In this document: in pieces, positions 1 through 12,597 of the stretch | Layout: each line of letters opens with the position of its first letter | Position numbering within the stretch: the stretch's first letter is position 1 | Assembly: GCA_004431415.1 (NCBI GenBank) | Contig: QPMI01000591.1 | Coordinates: 1 to 64,000, forward strand | Source of the DNA: Cyanophora paradoxa CCMP329 | Lineage: Eukaryota > Plantae > Glaucophyta | Reading direction: 5' to 3' | Length of the DNA stretch: 64,000 nt | Notes under the pieces: model-generated | Databases searched by the model: none | What the model was told of the DNA's origin: nothing | The model's input: the letters and a program-made list of their open reading frames with translations, nothing else | Translations under genes and position numbers: made by a program

Positions 1-1766
1 CATCACATCGGAGAAGTAGCCAAACCACAGTTCGGTCGGCGTGCCGGAGGGTCTCTCGAATTTGAACTGCACGCACGTCGTACGAGTTAATCCTGATTCC
101 TTTCTGTAAAAATCCATGTTATAGCTGCCGCACCTCCGCGAACGAAACGATGATGTCTGCAACCCCATCGTTGCTGTAGTTGTCGAACAGCACACCAAGC
201 GTATCAACCTTCGCGTTCACTCCGAAACGAGCTGACACCTTAAATCCAAGCTTATCCATGCACACGTATCCGTCCTCTTCCTCCTTGATAACGCAATGAA
301 CATTGTCTGCTATAAAGATAAGGCGCAATATGACGACTATGGAATCTTATCCATTTCTTCAGATTACATTTGACGCACATTCGCTGAACCTGTTTGAGTC
401 GCACTGTTTGTTGACATTCATGTAGTCCACTGCGGCGGCCTTGAAATCGGACACGATGTCGTAACGCATCATGACGAATGACGTGCGATCCATGTTCATA
501 ATTTTATGGGGAAGCCCGCTGAGACGTGAGTCCTAGCGCACGGGAATTGGTCACGGCGTGCGTATATGGTATCGAACAAACAATAAAATCAAGAGTGACC
601 GACCTCCTCATGCACTGATTCGAATATGATTAGACCTGCATTACCAGAGTTGATCTGGATCTCCTTGGCCAGATTGCGGTCTCGCGTCAATGGCCAAGCC
701 ATCTTTTCAGTCGCAGTCCCCTTCACCAGATGCCGAGCATTTTTGGAGGCTTGCATTATCAGGTACTGTTTCATGTGATCTTTGTCAGTATCCTGATATA
801 TCCCGTTAGAGTAACACGTAAAGTGCAACTCACCATTTCGTCCGTGTTGCAGCTCATGTTCAGTTGTTCGGTTATTTTGTTCACTTGATCGATGAGAGTA
901 TCTCCCTTCGAATTTTTTACCATGGCTCCGGTGAATATACGGAGCGGCACTTTGTCCCCAAGCTGCCTTGCGTAAGCTCCGACGGCAAAGTCCCTGCCCC
1001 GTTCGGCTTAACGTCATTGCGCACCTCATCTTCCAGTGTAGCACGGATGGTATCGCCTCCAGTCTTTCCAGTGATGGTGTGCATGTTCGCGATCCGCACG
1101 ACGCCATTAAAGTCTCTCCCCTCCTTCATTTCCGTGAACGTGCGCCCCACATTCACGATCATCTTCTTGACGGGCCTGCAAGATATCAGATTTTCCGACG
1201 ATTATCACGGATGGGGCCTAATGAGGGGTGGACCACGTACGACAGCATCACATTTTCCTTAGGCGCGCCATTTGCCGTGAGAGCTCCGGACCTACGCGGC
1301 GTCGGAATTCAGCGTAACATTTTTTAAACAATGTTTGCGCAATCTTGGACTGCGTACACTTTGTCAACGTCAGCAGTGTACAAGCCGCCATTCGAAGTGC
1401 GTGACGGCCCCGCCTCCGGAGCAGCAGCTGCGGCTGCTCCTTCCGATGGAGCGCCAGCGTTCATCCTGTTTATGCATTGACCGTCAGCTAAATTCCGGAT
1501 CATGTCGCCTCGGCGAGCGATTAAATGCAGACGCACCCCGTCAGCGCAACCTGCGCCGTGCCGCCCACCGGCTTGCTGGGCACCGGCGGTGACTCCGACT
1601 CGAGCTCGGGGTCGATGTCAGGGAGTTGTGACTTGCCGGCTGACTCGCCGATCTCAGGCTTCGACGGTGACGCGCCTACGGCAGACTTCTTCTTCTCGAG
1701 CACGCTGTCCGTCTTCTCCGCTGCAGCTGAGGCGGCAGCAGCAGCAGCCTTCGGAAGGCGAGCCAT
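1..1766 (-). CDS. Multi-exon protein with disordered N-terminus and probable tandem OB-fold (RPA-like ssDNA-binding) domains; runs off the left edge
   Basis: Spliced translation MARLPKAAAA...RTFTEMKEGRDFNGVVRIANMHTITGKTGGDTIRATLEDE|LGDKVPLRIF... and HCVIKEEEDGYVCMDKLGFKVSARF...ADIIVSFAE|FKFERPSGTPTELWFGYFSDVM. The L-x-D-x2-G-x2-hydrophobic strand pattern occurs twice. Fold assignment is inference. Confidence 0.45.
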
Positions 1767-1927
1767 TGCACGTCGACAGAAGCTCGAATGACGGGACGAC
1801 GAAAATTTCAAATTCAGAACTAACTCTACTTTCCCGATCGTTCACCAACACTCTCAGTTCACGTACGCCCCCCTCCAAAAAAATTAAAGTCTCCCCGAAC
1901 GGGCTCGAAGTGCTCAGCTTCCAGCAG

Positions 1928-4292
1928 ATGGGAAAGAGGCGACGACGTGTTGCGCATAGTTCCCACCTGAATGTAAATGTCGTGCGTACGCGTGCCGCTA
2001 TAGCTTGTGATCACATGCCCTGTCATAATCTGTTCATGGGAGATGGCAACCGCAGGTCAACATCTTATGTCTGCCGGACGAGTTACTCGCCAAGATAATT
2101 GCGCTTGCAAGCCAGCTCGTGGTCGGGACGGTGTTGCCCGGCGGCTGTTGCTCGTACGCCGAATCACTTTTATCTATGCCGGAGCATCCGTTGGAATCAA
2201 AGCGCATCGACCGCGTTGACATGCACGTGCTCGTCCCGCTCGGGCAAGTTTGTCGTCGGTTCAGAACCCTACTGCGGGCGCCGCGGCATTCTTCAGTCTG
2301 CAGACCGTGGAAAGCCGCCTCGGAAAGGCGGAACATCGTCTGGATGACTCGCCAATGCGTGCATTCGCGCGGCAGCGGCGGTGCCGGGAATTGAGGATGT
2401 CCACATGGAAATCTTACTGCTAGTGCGTCCCTGCGAGGTCGAGCATCCCATGAATCCAACACGCCGTTGCATCGCAGGACCGTCCTCCCAGATTCCAGCG
2501 GCCATACCCGCGGCCCACAGAAGTCGTCCTTGATAATCCAGTCCAAACTTGCGTTTTGACTCCGTTCGTCCGCTTCTCTCCGACTTCTCTGCGCGCCATC
2601 CGACTTGCCTTGGATGGGATGAATGGCTTTACCTACGTCTTCAAGCCGGAGAACGTCGCGTGCCTCAGCGATCCATCGTTCGTCAACCTCACCTGTCTCG
2701 ATCTAGATGCGCGCTACGGTTTGGAGCGCGATCAGATATCGCTAAGCCAGCCTGCGTTCGAATACCTGGCAACCAAGGGCCCTGCTCTCACAGAGTTACG
2801 GCGAGCATCCTGTCGGAGCCATCCTCTAGCGGCGGCCTGCTCCAATCGTCGTATTCAATGCATTTGACCTCCTGGCGAAAGGGCCCTTGAAGTACCTCCA
2901 TAAGCTGCATCTTCAATTCATATTCGGAAACTTGTATCCGGAGACAACGTACTTTGCCCCTGACGCCCTCCGCCCTCTCGTCAGCCTTCCCCTAAAATGT
3001 AAGTTCCTCCCCACTTCCCCCTTCGACCCCGTCCCCCCCTCCCTCCGCTTGCGTGCACAACACAGCCTGCCACCACTCCATTGCCTAGTATTTCTACGCG
3101 CCCCCGCACCCATCATCACCATTTTAATGTTCGCACCCGCACGATGCCGCAGCACTCTCCCTTGTGTTTTCTATCGGAGCGGACCCAGATGATGAAGACA
3201 ACGGTGAAGAGGAGGTCACGCTTCTCCAGGTCTCCCTCGAGCCGCTCGTACAGTTACTGACCCTCGAGCACCTCGCTTTGCGAACTCGCAACATCGCCGA
3301 CTTTGCCCCACTAGGCCGAATTACTGCCCTCAAGTGTGCGCATGTCCGGGTGCTCTCTCCAGCTCGCTTGCTACCCCTGCTGACAGCGCCTTCGCGCACT
3401 CAGCGCTGCAGCTCGGCGTTGCCGGTTCCAATGAGGTCGATAGCATACAAAGAGCCCTCAACGTCATCCCCGCGCTCACACAGCTCCAATCGCTTGTACT
3501 CGATGAGGTGGATGAGGACACTTTGCCATGGCCACTTGTCCCCCTGGCGCCCCGCCTCCACGCTCTCGACTTCGGTCAGCGTGGAGATGAGAACCAAGGT
3601 GGCGCCATGGAGAGCGTGATCGAGCGCTGCACAGAATTGCGAGTGAGTCCGCGCCACAACCCCTGCATTCAATCCATTCCAATCCCCGCTCCCCGCTCCC
3701 CGCTCGTTTGCAGTACTTGGAGATTGCGGTCAGCATTTGCTCCCAGATCAAACCCAGTGCCTGGAACGCCCTGAACAAGGTCCACACCCTTCATCTGCAC
3801 GGCTGGGATGGAGGCGCGGGATTTGGTTTGGAAACGCCCCCTTCGTCGTGGACGCAATTATGAAGGTGTAGCAGCCAGTGCCTTGTTTCTAAACCTTTAG
3901 CTTCCGACCCCGCCTCTCTGCTGACTCGCCCGCAGCTCATTGCGCAGTACATGACCAGTCTGCGCGAGCTTCACTTGGTCGAAATGAAGCTACCGGTACC
4001 TCTGGAGCCCGACGTCCTTGCTTCCTTCCGCTCTCGCCTTTGCCGCCTCCGGGCCGCATTGCGTGTGCGAGCCGCCGACGATGACCTCTCCAATGATCAG
4101 GCATGCAAGTTGCGGCAGGTGCACCCCGCACCCTCCAGTGCTATAGGGAAGCCTTCGCCCGTGACTCGGTCTGTGAGCATAGGATTTAGAGACCGCTCTC
4201 GGCGGCCTCAAGATCGCCGACCCGGACCTCCGATTCGGAACATTTGCACCGGCTACGCGTCGTCACTGAAGCCGTTGCCCCTCGCCCTATAG
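1928..4292 (+). CDS. F-box/LRR-like protein (multi-exon, ends approximate)
   Basis: F-box-like LLSMPEHPLE...VPLGQVCRRFRTLL. LxxLxL repeats NLTCLDLD, LEHLALRT, LQSLVLDE, LHALDFG, LRELHLVE. Confidence 0.55.
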
Positions 4293-4430
4293 CTATGCAT
4301 CTGCCCTCCAACGTCCTCTCACCTATGAACACCGCCCTCTGGACCCGTGCCGCTCCCCCCTATGTAGCCTGTAATTCTATACTTCATACACTATGATTGA
4401 TATTCGGATACACATCGAGAGTCGGCAGGC

Positions 4431-5224
4431 CTATGCCTGTTCTTGACTCGGAAATAACTGGATTGCCGTCTCAAGATGCTTGATGCTCGATCTTAAAAAA
4501 CTGCATGAACACCATGCGTGCACAGAGCTCTTTCTCATGTCAGAGCAACTATTTCCTGGTCGCTTGGATGCCAATTCATCAATTGCCTCCGTCAAAATTA
4601 CCATTTCGATCGATACCTTCTGCAGCCTCGTCAGGAGGCCGTTCATTCTTATAGAGTCCCCGTCCGAAATAGGAAGAATTGGGAATATCGGGGTCGTCAG
4701 TACTGCAATCAATACGGAAATGCAAGCCATCAATCTGATAGCAATTCATGCGGGCATGAAATTCTCGATTCACTTACTTGAGTCGTCACTGGTGCTGTCG
4801 CTGTCGCTGCCTTGCACCTCGCCATCCGCCATCTTACATGCCTTGCCTGCAATTTACAACGCCGCAACAATAGCAGCCGGTCAGTCGTTTTCAGATGCAG
4901 AGGTTTTACACAACGCCAGATCTGCACCCTCCGCACTCTGCCAGATTTCCGCCCAGTGGCACGACGGGCAATCGCTATCATCATCTCTCCGGTCTCCCTG
5001 CGCAGCCCGATGCGCGCATGGGCGTACTCGTTGGGCGATCTCTTCAATCCCGCCAGCAAATGCACACGCACCTCTGGTTCTGGCCGCTTGTCCGTTTGCG
5101 TATCATCAGCCGCTTCTTGAACTGCCTTACGTGCGCTTGTTGCTGACTCTGCCGACGTGTGTGTTCCTATGGGGGTCGAAGCCGTCTCTTCCTCGTTCGC
5201 TCTCGGCACTTCTCCGCTCTGCAT
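4431..5224 (-). CDS. Hypothetical multi-exon protein (acidic, one CxxC)
   Basis: ATG at 5224. GT-AG introns join MQSGEVPRANEEE...PEPE|GDRRDDDSDCPSCHWAEIWQ...; no recognisable family. Confidence 0.3.
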
Positions 5225-5308
5225 AACGCGCCGCTATTGTTTGGCCTCAGTGATCTCTCCTAGTGCTTGTACAACGGTCACTTTTACTCTTCGGGCCTGT
5301 ACCCTCGT

Positions 5309-7269
5309 ATGAGGGCGTCCGCGTCACAGCCCAAAATACCCAAAACCATTCCGTCGTCTCTTCCTTCCCAGTATCCTTCCCGACGCGAGCATCTGCCCCT
5401 GTGCTATCGCTCCGTCAGCGACACTTCCGAGAATAGCTGTCAGCAGTCTCTCTCCGTATATCCTGTTCCTCGGCGGCCATGTACGACTTGTACGATATCA
5501 CAGGCGCGATCAATCATCCTCGGCGAAAGCTAGCATCATATCTCGCGGCGCGCTTTAATCTGAGTGCCTTGTACAAGCCCACCACCACCGATCTATGTAT
5601 CGCGCCCACCGAGGTTCGCACACACGCATGTTCTATACTTTGCTTGCGCATCCGGTAAACACATGGTACTATAGCTAATGTCATGCGTGCTCCTACTCCC
5701 AGTTTTTACAGAGCGGTGATATGCTCGGAAGGGCCATTGACGATGGCTGCCGGGATCATGGGATCATTGGACCAGGTTTGCCTGTGATGGACGGCTTTTA
5801 TGCACACCCTGCGGCTTTCGGGAGCGTCTCCGCGACCACGCCTTAATTTCGTACCTTCCTTCTGACATACCAAGCTGCGTGTTCATATCAGGTCCGTCCT
5901 TCGCTCATCGTTCCATGCCTACGTATACATACATACGCATCCTCTCTACACGCACAGGTGGCCTCCCCTTCAAAGCCATCACGTGCCCGCCGATAGCCTA
6001 CCGAATGGCACTGTACGCATGCATGCGCGAAAACGTGAGCGCGAACCGTTCGTCCTGATAGTAGCCTGCAGGAACGATATCGACATCTACGTAAAAGCCT
6101 CGACCGTTGCAGAATTCACTCGCGTTGTCACCGCCTTCTACCAAGCTGCAGCCCGCGCCTCCGCAGAACGAGTCGCGCCTTACCTACCAAAGAATAAAAA
6201 CCGTGGATGTCTTCTGTGCACCTTTTGCCTACGGCGTCCAGATCATGGCCCCAGGGGTCCTACCTCTGCAGGTGCCTGTTACATGCAGAATATTCTGAAC
6301 GGTCTCATTTTGATTTTCAAATCTTGTTGCTCAGATCAGTGTCATGGGTTCGAATACTATTGAGCGTATAGTATCATCGTACGACCTCGCTGCATGTGCA
6401 ATCTACGTGCCAGGAGACGACCTTAGCCACCCGGTCGCAACGTTTGCAGCGTGTATGACCCTCATCACGCACACAATTCCCATCAACGTGGATTACCTGG
6501 GCCTCCTGCACCCATTCTACTACGTTGAAAATGGTCACGTATTAACCACGCATCATCCGTATTACTCCGTGCCCCGGATTTTGAAATACGTGCAAGACAC
6601 GGGAGCTGGAGTACGTACTCTCTCGCATACAATAAATACTACTGCTGGCCTCCGCGATCGCGTTCTTGCGTCATCGCTTTCAGGCATCGAAGACGTTAAC
6701 CCGCGATCAAGATCCGAACTCGAGTGCATAATGCCTCCTGCCTCCGCAGCTGGCGTCCTGCAACTACTTTGATGACACTCAAATGTTGTGCGCAGGAATC
6801 TGAGGGCGCGTCACCTGGATTGGATTGGTTGCGAAGGGGACACCGGTCTGCTTCCCTCAGGAGTGCACCCCGTGCGTTTCTATTTTATACGATCATCGCG
6901 GCTGGTGTCGAGTTCACCCGAAAAAGTTAATACTGTGTTTGCGGCCAGTTCATGAAGAAATTTGCGAACGTGCATGTGTACGCTGCTGGCGGTTACACAT
7001 GCGGCAGAGTTTACGCCTGGTACGAGAGGCTCCGACGTGACCTCATCAAGTTCTTCGCTAGGCGGCAGCTCACACACAACGGTCTGCCGCTTCTCACACA
7101 AGAGATTTACGATGCCTTCAACGCTGCATTCGACGCCTCGGTGGCAGCAAGGGAATCGGACCCCAACAGAGTACGTCGCTACGTACACTATTCCTGCCGA
7201 ACTCCTGCGACCCCCTGCTACTACAGTTCTTTCACTCCCCCCCAACCCCCAAGTAACTACAGCATGTGA
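5309..7269 (+). CDS. Pol-beta-superfamily nucleotidyltransferase-like protein (multi-exon, start uncertain)
   Basis: Spliced motifs CVFISG|GLPFKAITCPPIAYRMAL|NDIDIYVK (hGG...DhDh), then AYGVQIMAPGVLPLQ|ISVMGSNTIERIVSSYDLAACAIY and PRILKY. One junction near 6120-6170 needs an intron or frameshift. Confidence 0.6.
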
Positions 7270-7697
7270 TCTCTAAACCCTCCTTGCGGTGGTGATCGGA
7301 CCCATATTCTTCATGTGCGCATCTTCACGGGTGCGGCCGCGGTGTGGTAAGCTCTGCATTCGACGCCTCTGTTGCAGCAAGGGGATCGGACCCCGGCAGA
7401 GTTCTCTTCCGGCGGCTTAAGCTTACTATACTGTAGTCCAGGCCTAGTCAGCTAGCATAGTACGAAACATGTACATGTGAGGAGGGATCGAGGTAGTATG
7501 AGTGGATGATATTGGAATAGAAGTCAAGTGAAGCAAGCTGAGGGTAGCAAGTGCCAATGTGCGCATTCAATAAATACAGACAAAACTAAGTAGTAGAGCG
7601 CAGAATAGAAGGTGTCAGAGATAGGAAACAGTAATCGATACGAAACTGTGAACTGACTGCCATAACACGTATATGTAGTACGGCGCGCGTCCTTGCC

Positions 7698-8369
7698 CTA
7701 ATTCTGACCGACATCGTCGTACATTCCGTGGTACATATCATCATGCAGCGGCCATCCATCTGGATCCACATCAGGTCGATTTACGACGTGCTTGACGACC
7801 GTTCCATTCCACTTCATGTAGATTTCGGCCCACCGGCGATCGGGGTCCCAACTGCCAGCACAATCGAAGGCCTTTATCATCAAGTCGTACTCTGAGGTGA
7901 AGATGGGTTAATAGTTGATCATCATCCAAGATTACATGCTTACAGGTACCTCCATTACAGTCCGTAAGCTGAACGGACGCAATCACATCGTACGCAGAAG
8001 TATACTCGTTGTTACTCACGCGCAGAGCTGCAGGCCCAGGTGGTACTGCTACGATGGCGCCTGTGCAGGGATTCTTGATTATAAAAACGTCGGGGTCATG
8101 TGGCTCATGGCCTCCAGTACGGTGATGGAACCGCGGCCGCTGACTCTCACTGATTCAGAAATGTCGCGGTAAGAAGCTAAATCGAGATTCGGTCTCGCGT
8201 AAGAAGCAGCTAGCACTATATCGGATGTGGGCGACGTATCTGCGATGGCGCAAATCGCAGCATGCACTCGCATCAGCAGCGAACGGAGCAAGCACACGGA
8301 GAACATACCTCTCGATCGCTTCTTGGAACCGGAATCGAGTATGGGACGCGAAGTATTCGTCAACGACAT
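7698..8369 (-). CDS. Hypothetical multi-exon protein
   Basis: Exons DPDVFIIKNPCTGAIVAVPPGPAALRVSNNEY... and YDLMIKAFDCAGSWDPDRRWAEIYMKWNG...DVGQN*. 5' exon linkage is uncertain. Confidence 0.35.
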
Positions 8370-8797
8370 GCCTAGGCGTCTCTGCAAGAGTCAAGTCCGG
8401 CAATTAGGGGTACAGCATGCATTCCCGGCGCCGTGAACGACACCCCGTGCGCTACACGCGCAGGTCGTCGCATCGTTCATAGCGCGCTCATTAGCCAGCG
8501 CAATCTCCAGCTAGGCCAACCCACCGCTAAGCGCGAAGCAACGCGTACCGTGCACGGCGCGCTCCTTCGCCAACGCCAGCGCCAGCAAGGCGAACACAAG
8601 CGCTGCAACCGCTGCTCGGCGTACATTCGAAGCGCGCTCATTCGCAGGGCGGCTGATACCCCGGCTCGAAGTAAGCATGCTCATGCCCGATCCTCGACTG
8701 CCGTCTAAATAAAGACGACTTTTAACTTATATATTTCAACAGGTTCCGATTACTTGATCATGGCGAAAACAAAGCGTGCCATGGGATCTCACCTGGG

Positions 8798-9559
8798 ATG
8801 TTCAGAGGAACGATGCAGAGGATCGAGCAGCCACATGACTATAGAGGACCGATCCGTGACTATAGTCACTTCTCCGACGTCACTACTCTTCTGAGAAACA
8901 CACCGCCTGTTGATCGCATCATAATCGTTGAAGATGGAACGGTTCTGCAACGATTTCTGCAGATCGAGCCTATCCACATCTTCAGGCCATGGCAAGCCGG
9001 ACGTGAATTTGGTATTTCCCTTACGTAAATTTTCAACCTCTACTTCTTCACGTCTCACCACCAGACGCCTGCCAGCTATCGCTCGGGCACTCGATACGAA
9101 ATTCCGCCTGCATCTGTCCTGTCCCTACACATCAGAACGTATCAGAGTGCCAGTTCAATCCGTGTACTGCGTTCACCCGCACGTACGTGGTCGCATTCCC
9201 ATCATAAATTCCACATTATTCTTATCCCGACGCAGTGTTTCGATTTCAACGAGCACTTGATATTCTCCCTTCATAATGAAGATTGGTCAGCTATTCGTCC
9301 TGCACTCATGATCACGATCACAATGAATTCCTTTCCATAGGGAATGCCCATTCCAATTCTGCCAAAGACAAGCAGGTCTCCACGATCTCATCATTGACGA
9401 GTTCTTCAAGTCCATCCTTGATGGGGTCTGTGCCCGATTTACCTTTACATCTCGTAATTATTGACACCCTCATTCCAGACAACGCCTGCAGATCTCGCTG
9501 TCGAAATAGACAACACAGGAAGATGGCAGCCATGCCCTTCCGACAATATACCCGACTAG
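8798..9559 (+). CDS. Small stand-alone SP-RING (MIZ zinc finger, Siz/PIAS-type SUMO E3 ligase domain) protein
   Basis: Four short GT-AG introns (first 9025-9064) give LHLSCPYTSERIRVPVQSVYCVHPH|CFDFNEHLIFSLHNEDW|ECPFQFCQRQAGLHDLIIDEFFKSILDG|TTPADLAVEIDNTGRWQP. This matches the SP-RING pattern CP...RI..P....C.H..CFD...W.CP..C...L.ID.FF..IL plus the downstream VEI...G.W motif. Confidence 0.85.
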
Positions 9560-9662
9560 ATTAGAATCTCCAAGCAGGGCTCGGCCCCGCCCCACCCATC
9601 AGTGCATCACCCCGCCCGCCCTTCTCTGCCACATCCAGCCCCGCCCCGCCTTGCCCGCACCT

Positions 9663-9818
9663 CATTAAGATGCTTCAACCGAGCGCCCGTCATCAGTTAC
9701 ATATGGTGCCTAGGTGCAGCCCGGATAGCTATGAACGATCGAGCGGATAGAATACGTGGGACTGCTAGTGCACTTCATCGCCATGTGTCAATTCACATTC
9801 TGTAATCAGCAAGCTCAC
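9663..9818. repeat. Copy 1 of a diverged ~155-bp non-coding repeat
   Basis: Shares blocks ACATATGGTGCCTAGGTGCA, ATGAACGATCGAGCGG, TGCACTTCAT and CCATGTGTCAATTCACATTC with 16452-16611. Confidence 0.85.
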
Positions 9819-10028
9819 ACCGCTGCACCCCGGCGTCCGCCCCGGCCCTGCCGCAAAGGCTCCGCGCGTCGGGTCGCCTGTACGCGGCCGTAGCTCTTGT
9901 CTTCTGAGATGCCTGCTTGAGTACTGCAAATCATCAGTATTCGTCCCTCCCTCGGGCCCCTTTCAGTGTGCCGCTAGAGTCCTGAAGTACATCATGATTG
10001 CATTACAATGCGTTCTGGTGTACGCCCC

Positions 10029-11609
10029 CTATTTGGAGTCGGACGGCGCGTCGGATGAATGTAGCTGAAGTCGGAGGCAGCTGCAAACCAGGTCTTGTAC
10101 ATATGAAATGCGCGCTCGACTGCAGTCGATGTGCTGTCCCCATAAGGTGGGTATAACCCTGGTGCACGACCGTCATGTAACGCATGCCATCATGTAAGTG
10201 CTCACGCACTTAATTTCGTCGTCATGTTTCATCTCTAGTTTTTCCGGAGTATCCCCTTTCAGAAGCGGCCTCCCTTGGTACTCGAATTCAACTGCGTCAT
10301 ACCCTGCGAATACGTGCCTGTGGGGCATAATAACTTTATCCGTGAAGCGCCGCATCGTCTCTGAAAGGTGTTCGTAGGTCCTTGCGGAAACGACACACTG
10401 CGAACCAGCGTGTTACTGGTTCGCCTTCGTGCGCAGTTTATCGTTCATCGAATCGTCACCTTGTGCACATCACATGTGTCATGTAAAGTTCTATCATGCG
10501 TCGCCATCACAGTCATTTGCAGACACACCCTGCGGTACGGGCACGATCGTGAGCTTGCATCTCTTCATTCCCCCGAGCATCAACTCAACCTTCGTCTCGG
10601 TGGCAACCAGTACATTCCGGTCGATCGGTTCACCTTTCGTCCCTGCGATTCACACACAAACATCGGTACCGCCATTGTTTGATCGCAGATCTAAAATATT
10701 TCTGCGTGGTGTTCCACCATCTGCATGGTACGCTCTCCCTCGCTGCCCGTCATCCATACCTCCATAGCAGTCTCCTCGTCCACTCTGCTCAAGTGGAGAT
10801 AATCAGACCCGCGAATTTCTGATGTCCTTTCATTCAACGTACGCCTCAAACTCCTCCTCCCTGTGAATTGTTCCGTGAATCCATGAGTTCCCATCCTATA
10901 TGCATATGTACCACGCGCACCGCTTCAGCTTCTCCCCTTTGCCATCCATAACGTAGGTTATGAAGTCGCCGTCCTCTATCCCTACGGACTCGGGACAGTC
11001 GACAGGCCGTACTTGCAATTGTTTCCCTCCAACCACGAAAGCGCCTTTGGATAGGTTGAAGGTCTGGCAGAAATACTTGAAGTTGTCGTGAAAACATGAC
11101 GTTGGTCTAAACTGCACCCGAAGCTGCGCACGCTGCGACTTAATTACACATCATGCCTTGACACACGTCACTCGCGGCAACCTTCTGTCCAGAATGAGGT
11201 GCATGTATATGCACACGTATACTGGGACGTCGACGTCTTCATCGCGTCGGTCTCAGATCATGCCTCGGTTGACATGAACGACCACAGCACGTACTCATCG
11301 ATGTCTGCTTGCGGATGACGCTTATAATACCCATAAGGACGCGGAAACTCCGTTAATGTGCCGACGTCCCTGCGCCCTGCACGCTCCTCTCCGATTGTTA
11401 TCTCGTAGTTGACGTCCGGATCCGAATAGCGGGTGTCCTGCACAGGTACCATCGCACTCGAAGAGTACGACAATGGCTCATGTCCCACCTCTTCAAGCCG
11501 CGGGCCTGCGTATTCAATCAGGCGACGCTTTAGGGGCACTGTGCGGGCACGCGTTTCTCATCCGCCTACGTTTGGAAAGCAACCCTGTCTGTGCTGCTGC
11601 GTCCCCCAT
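10029..11609 (-). CDS. Tandem SUMO-like-domain protein (Rad60/Esc2/NIP45-like architecture), no C-terminal di-glycine
   Basis: SLD1: SIRVHIHAPHSGQK|LRVQFRPTSCFHDNFKYFCQTFNLSKGAFVVGGKQLQVRPVDCPESVGIEDGDFITYV. SLD2: VCLQMTVMA...K|CVVSARTYEHLSETMRRFTDKV...VEFEYQGRPLLKGDTPEKLEMKHDDEIK|VIPTLWG. Both fit the SUMO pattern F.FDG..L....TP..L.MEDGD.I. First exon is tentative. Confidence 0.75.
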
Positions 11610-11739
11610 CGCTTGTCGAAACGCCAATTGCACCCTGGCTGCCGTCAACGTGTCCGTGTCGGCTACTGTAAGCTCGCGTGCAGTAACGCAGGTTCGAACG
11701 CTTGTAGCACGTACCCCTAATTCGATCGGCAGTTACCTA

Positions 11740-12351
11740 ATGTCGAAACGCCAGAAGTCTGAGCCGACGGCGTCGATTAGCAACTCTGCTGAAAGCCCTT
11801 CTACCGCGACAGCAGCCGACCTGCTCCCCGTCGGGCAACCAGGGGTCAGCCACCACCGACGCAGGAAACAGCCGTGTAAAAAGAGCAGTCCAGTCCCGCC
11901 GACGGACTGGTTCAATGCGCATAATCGACGGTATAACTTTGAGCGTGAGTTACCACAGCTGTCTCCCGGCGAAATCCATCCGTCGAAGCGCACAGCCGTA
12001 GCTAAAAAAGCAGCGGCCAAAGCCCACTTTCAGCAAGCCTTAGCTGCTACGTCACCGCAGGCCGTTTTGCTTGCCGCTATTGCCTGTGCGGAGGCTCTTT
12101 GCGGAGAGCGCCTTGTCTGGTGCTGCGCCAACCAGCAAATGTCTAGCATGTGCGGTCAGTCATGCCCGGTGAAACTCAAGCTGGAGCAGGCGTGGACCTG
12201 GGTGAAAAATCTTCAAACCCGTGTGTACGAATTGGAGGATCTCGTGCGCTCTCACGGACCTCACGAGGGTTATGTATCGAAAGGCAATCGGGCCATCGAT
12301 AAACTCGAGCGGATCCAGGAAATTCTGGAGGCCTCATCTGACGATGAATGA
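11740..12351 (+). CDS. Orphan protein, paralog A (DWF.AH.RR.NFERELP motif, Cys cluster, C-terminal coiled coil)
   Basis: Open frame MSKRQK...SSDDE*, clearly homologous to 15756-16270. Confidence 0.7.
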   Translation: MSKRQKSEPTASISNSAESPSTATAADLLPVGQPGVSHHRRRKQPCKKSSPVPPTDWFNAHNRRYNFERELPQLSPGEIHPSKRTAVAKKAAAKAHFQQALAATSPQAVLLAAIACAEALCGERLVWCCANQQMSSMCGQSCPVKLKLEQAWTWVKNLQTRVYELEDLVRSHGPHEGYVSKGNRAIDKLERIQEILEASSDDE

Positions 12352-12597
12352 TCTCTCTATTTAATACACTAGTTGCCCACTGTCACTCGTGTCGAGCACA
12401 GTCGGTTGTCGAGTGATCATGATGACGATTTCGTACAAAAAGGCGCAATTGCTCTCAAACATTCGTCTCATGCACTCAGCGAGCTCGCCGTTGTGTACTT
12501 GAGAACACAATACAGGCATAACACCATCGAATTTGCGGGTTACATGCACTCCGGTGCGCCAGAGATACTGGTATAACCGTACGGCTCTTCTCTCTTT

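Noticed and set aside
7124-7402. About 50-bp diverged duplication of the NTase last exon (7124-7171 versus 7355-7402)
   Set aside because: Short local duplication in 3' sequence with no evident function.
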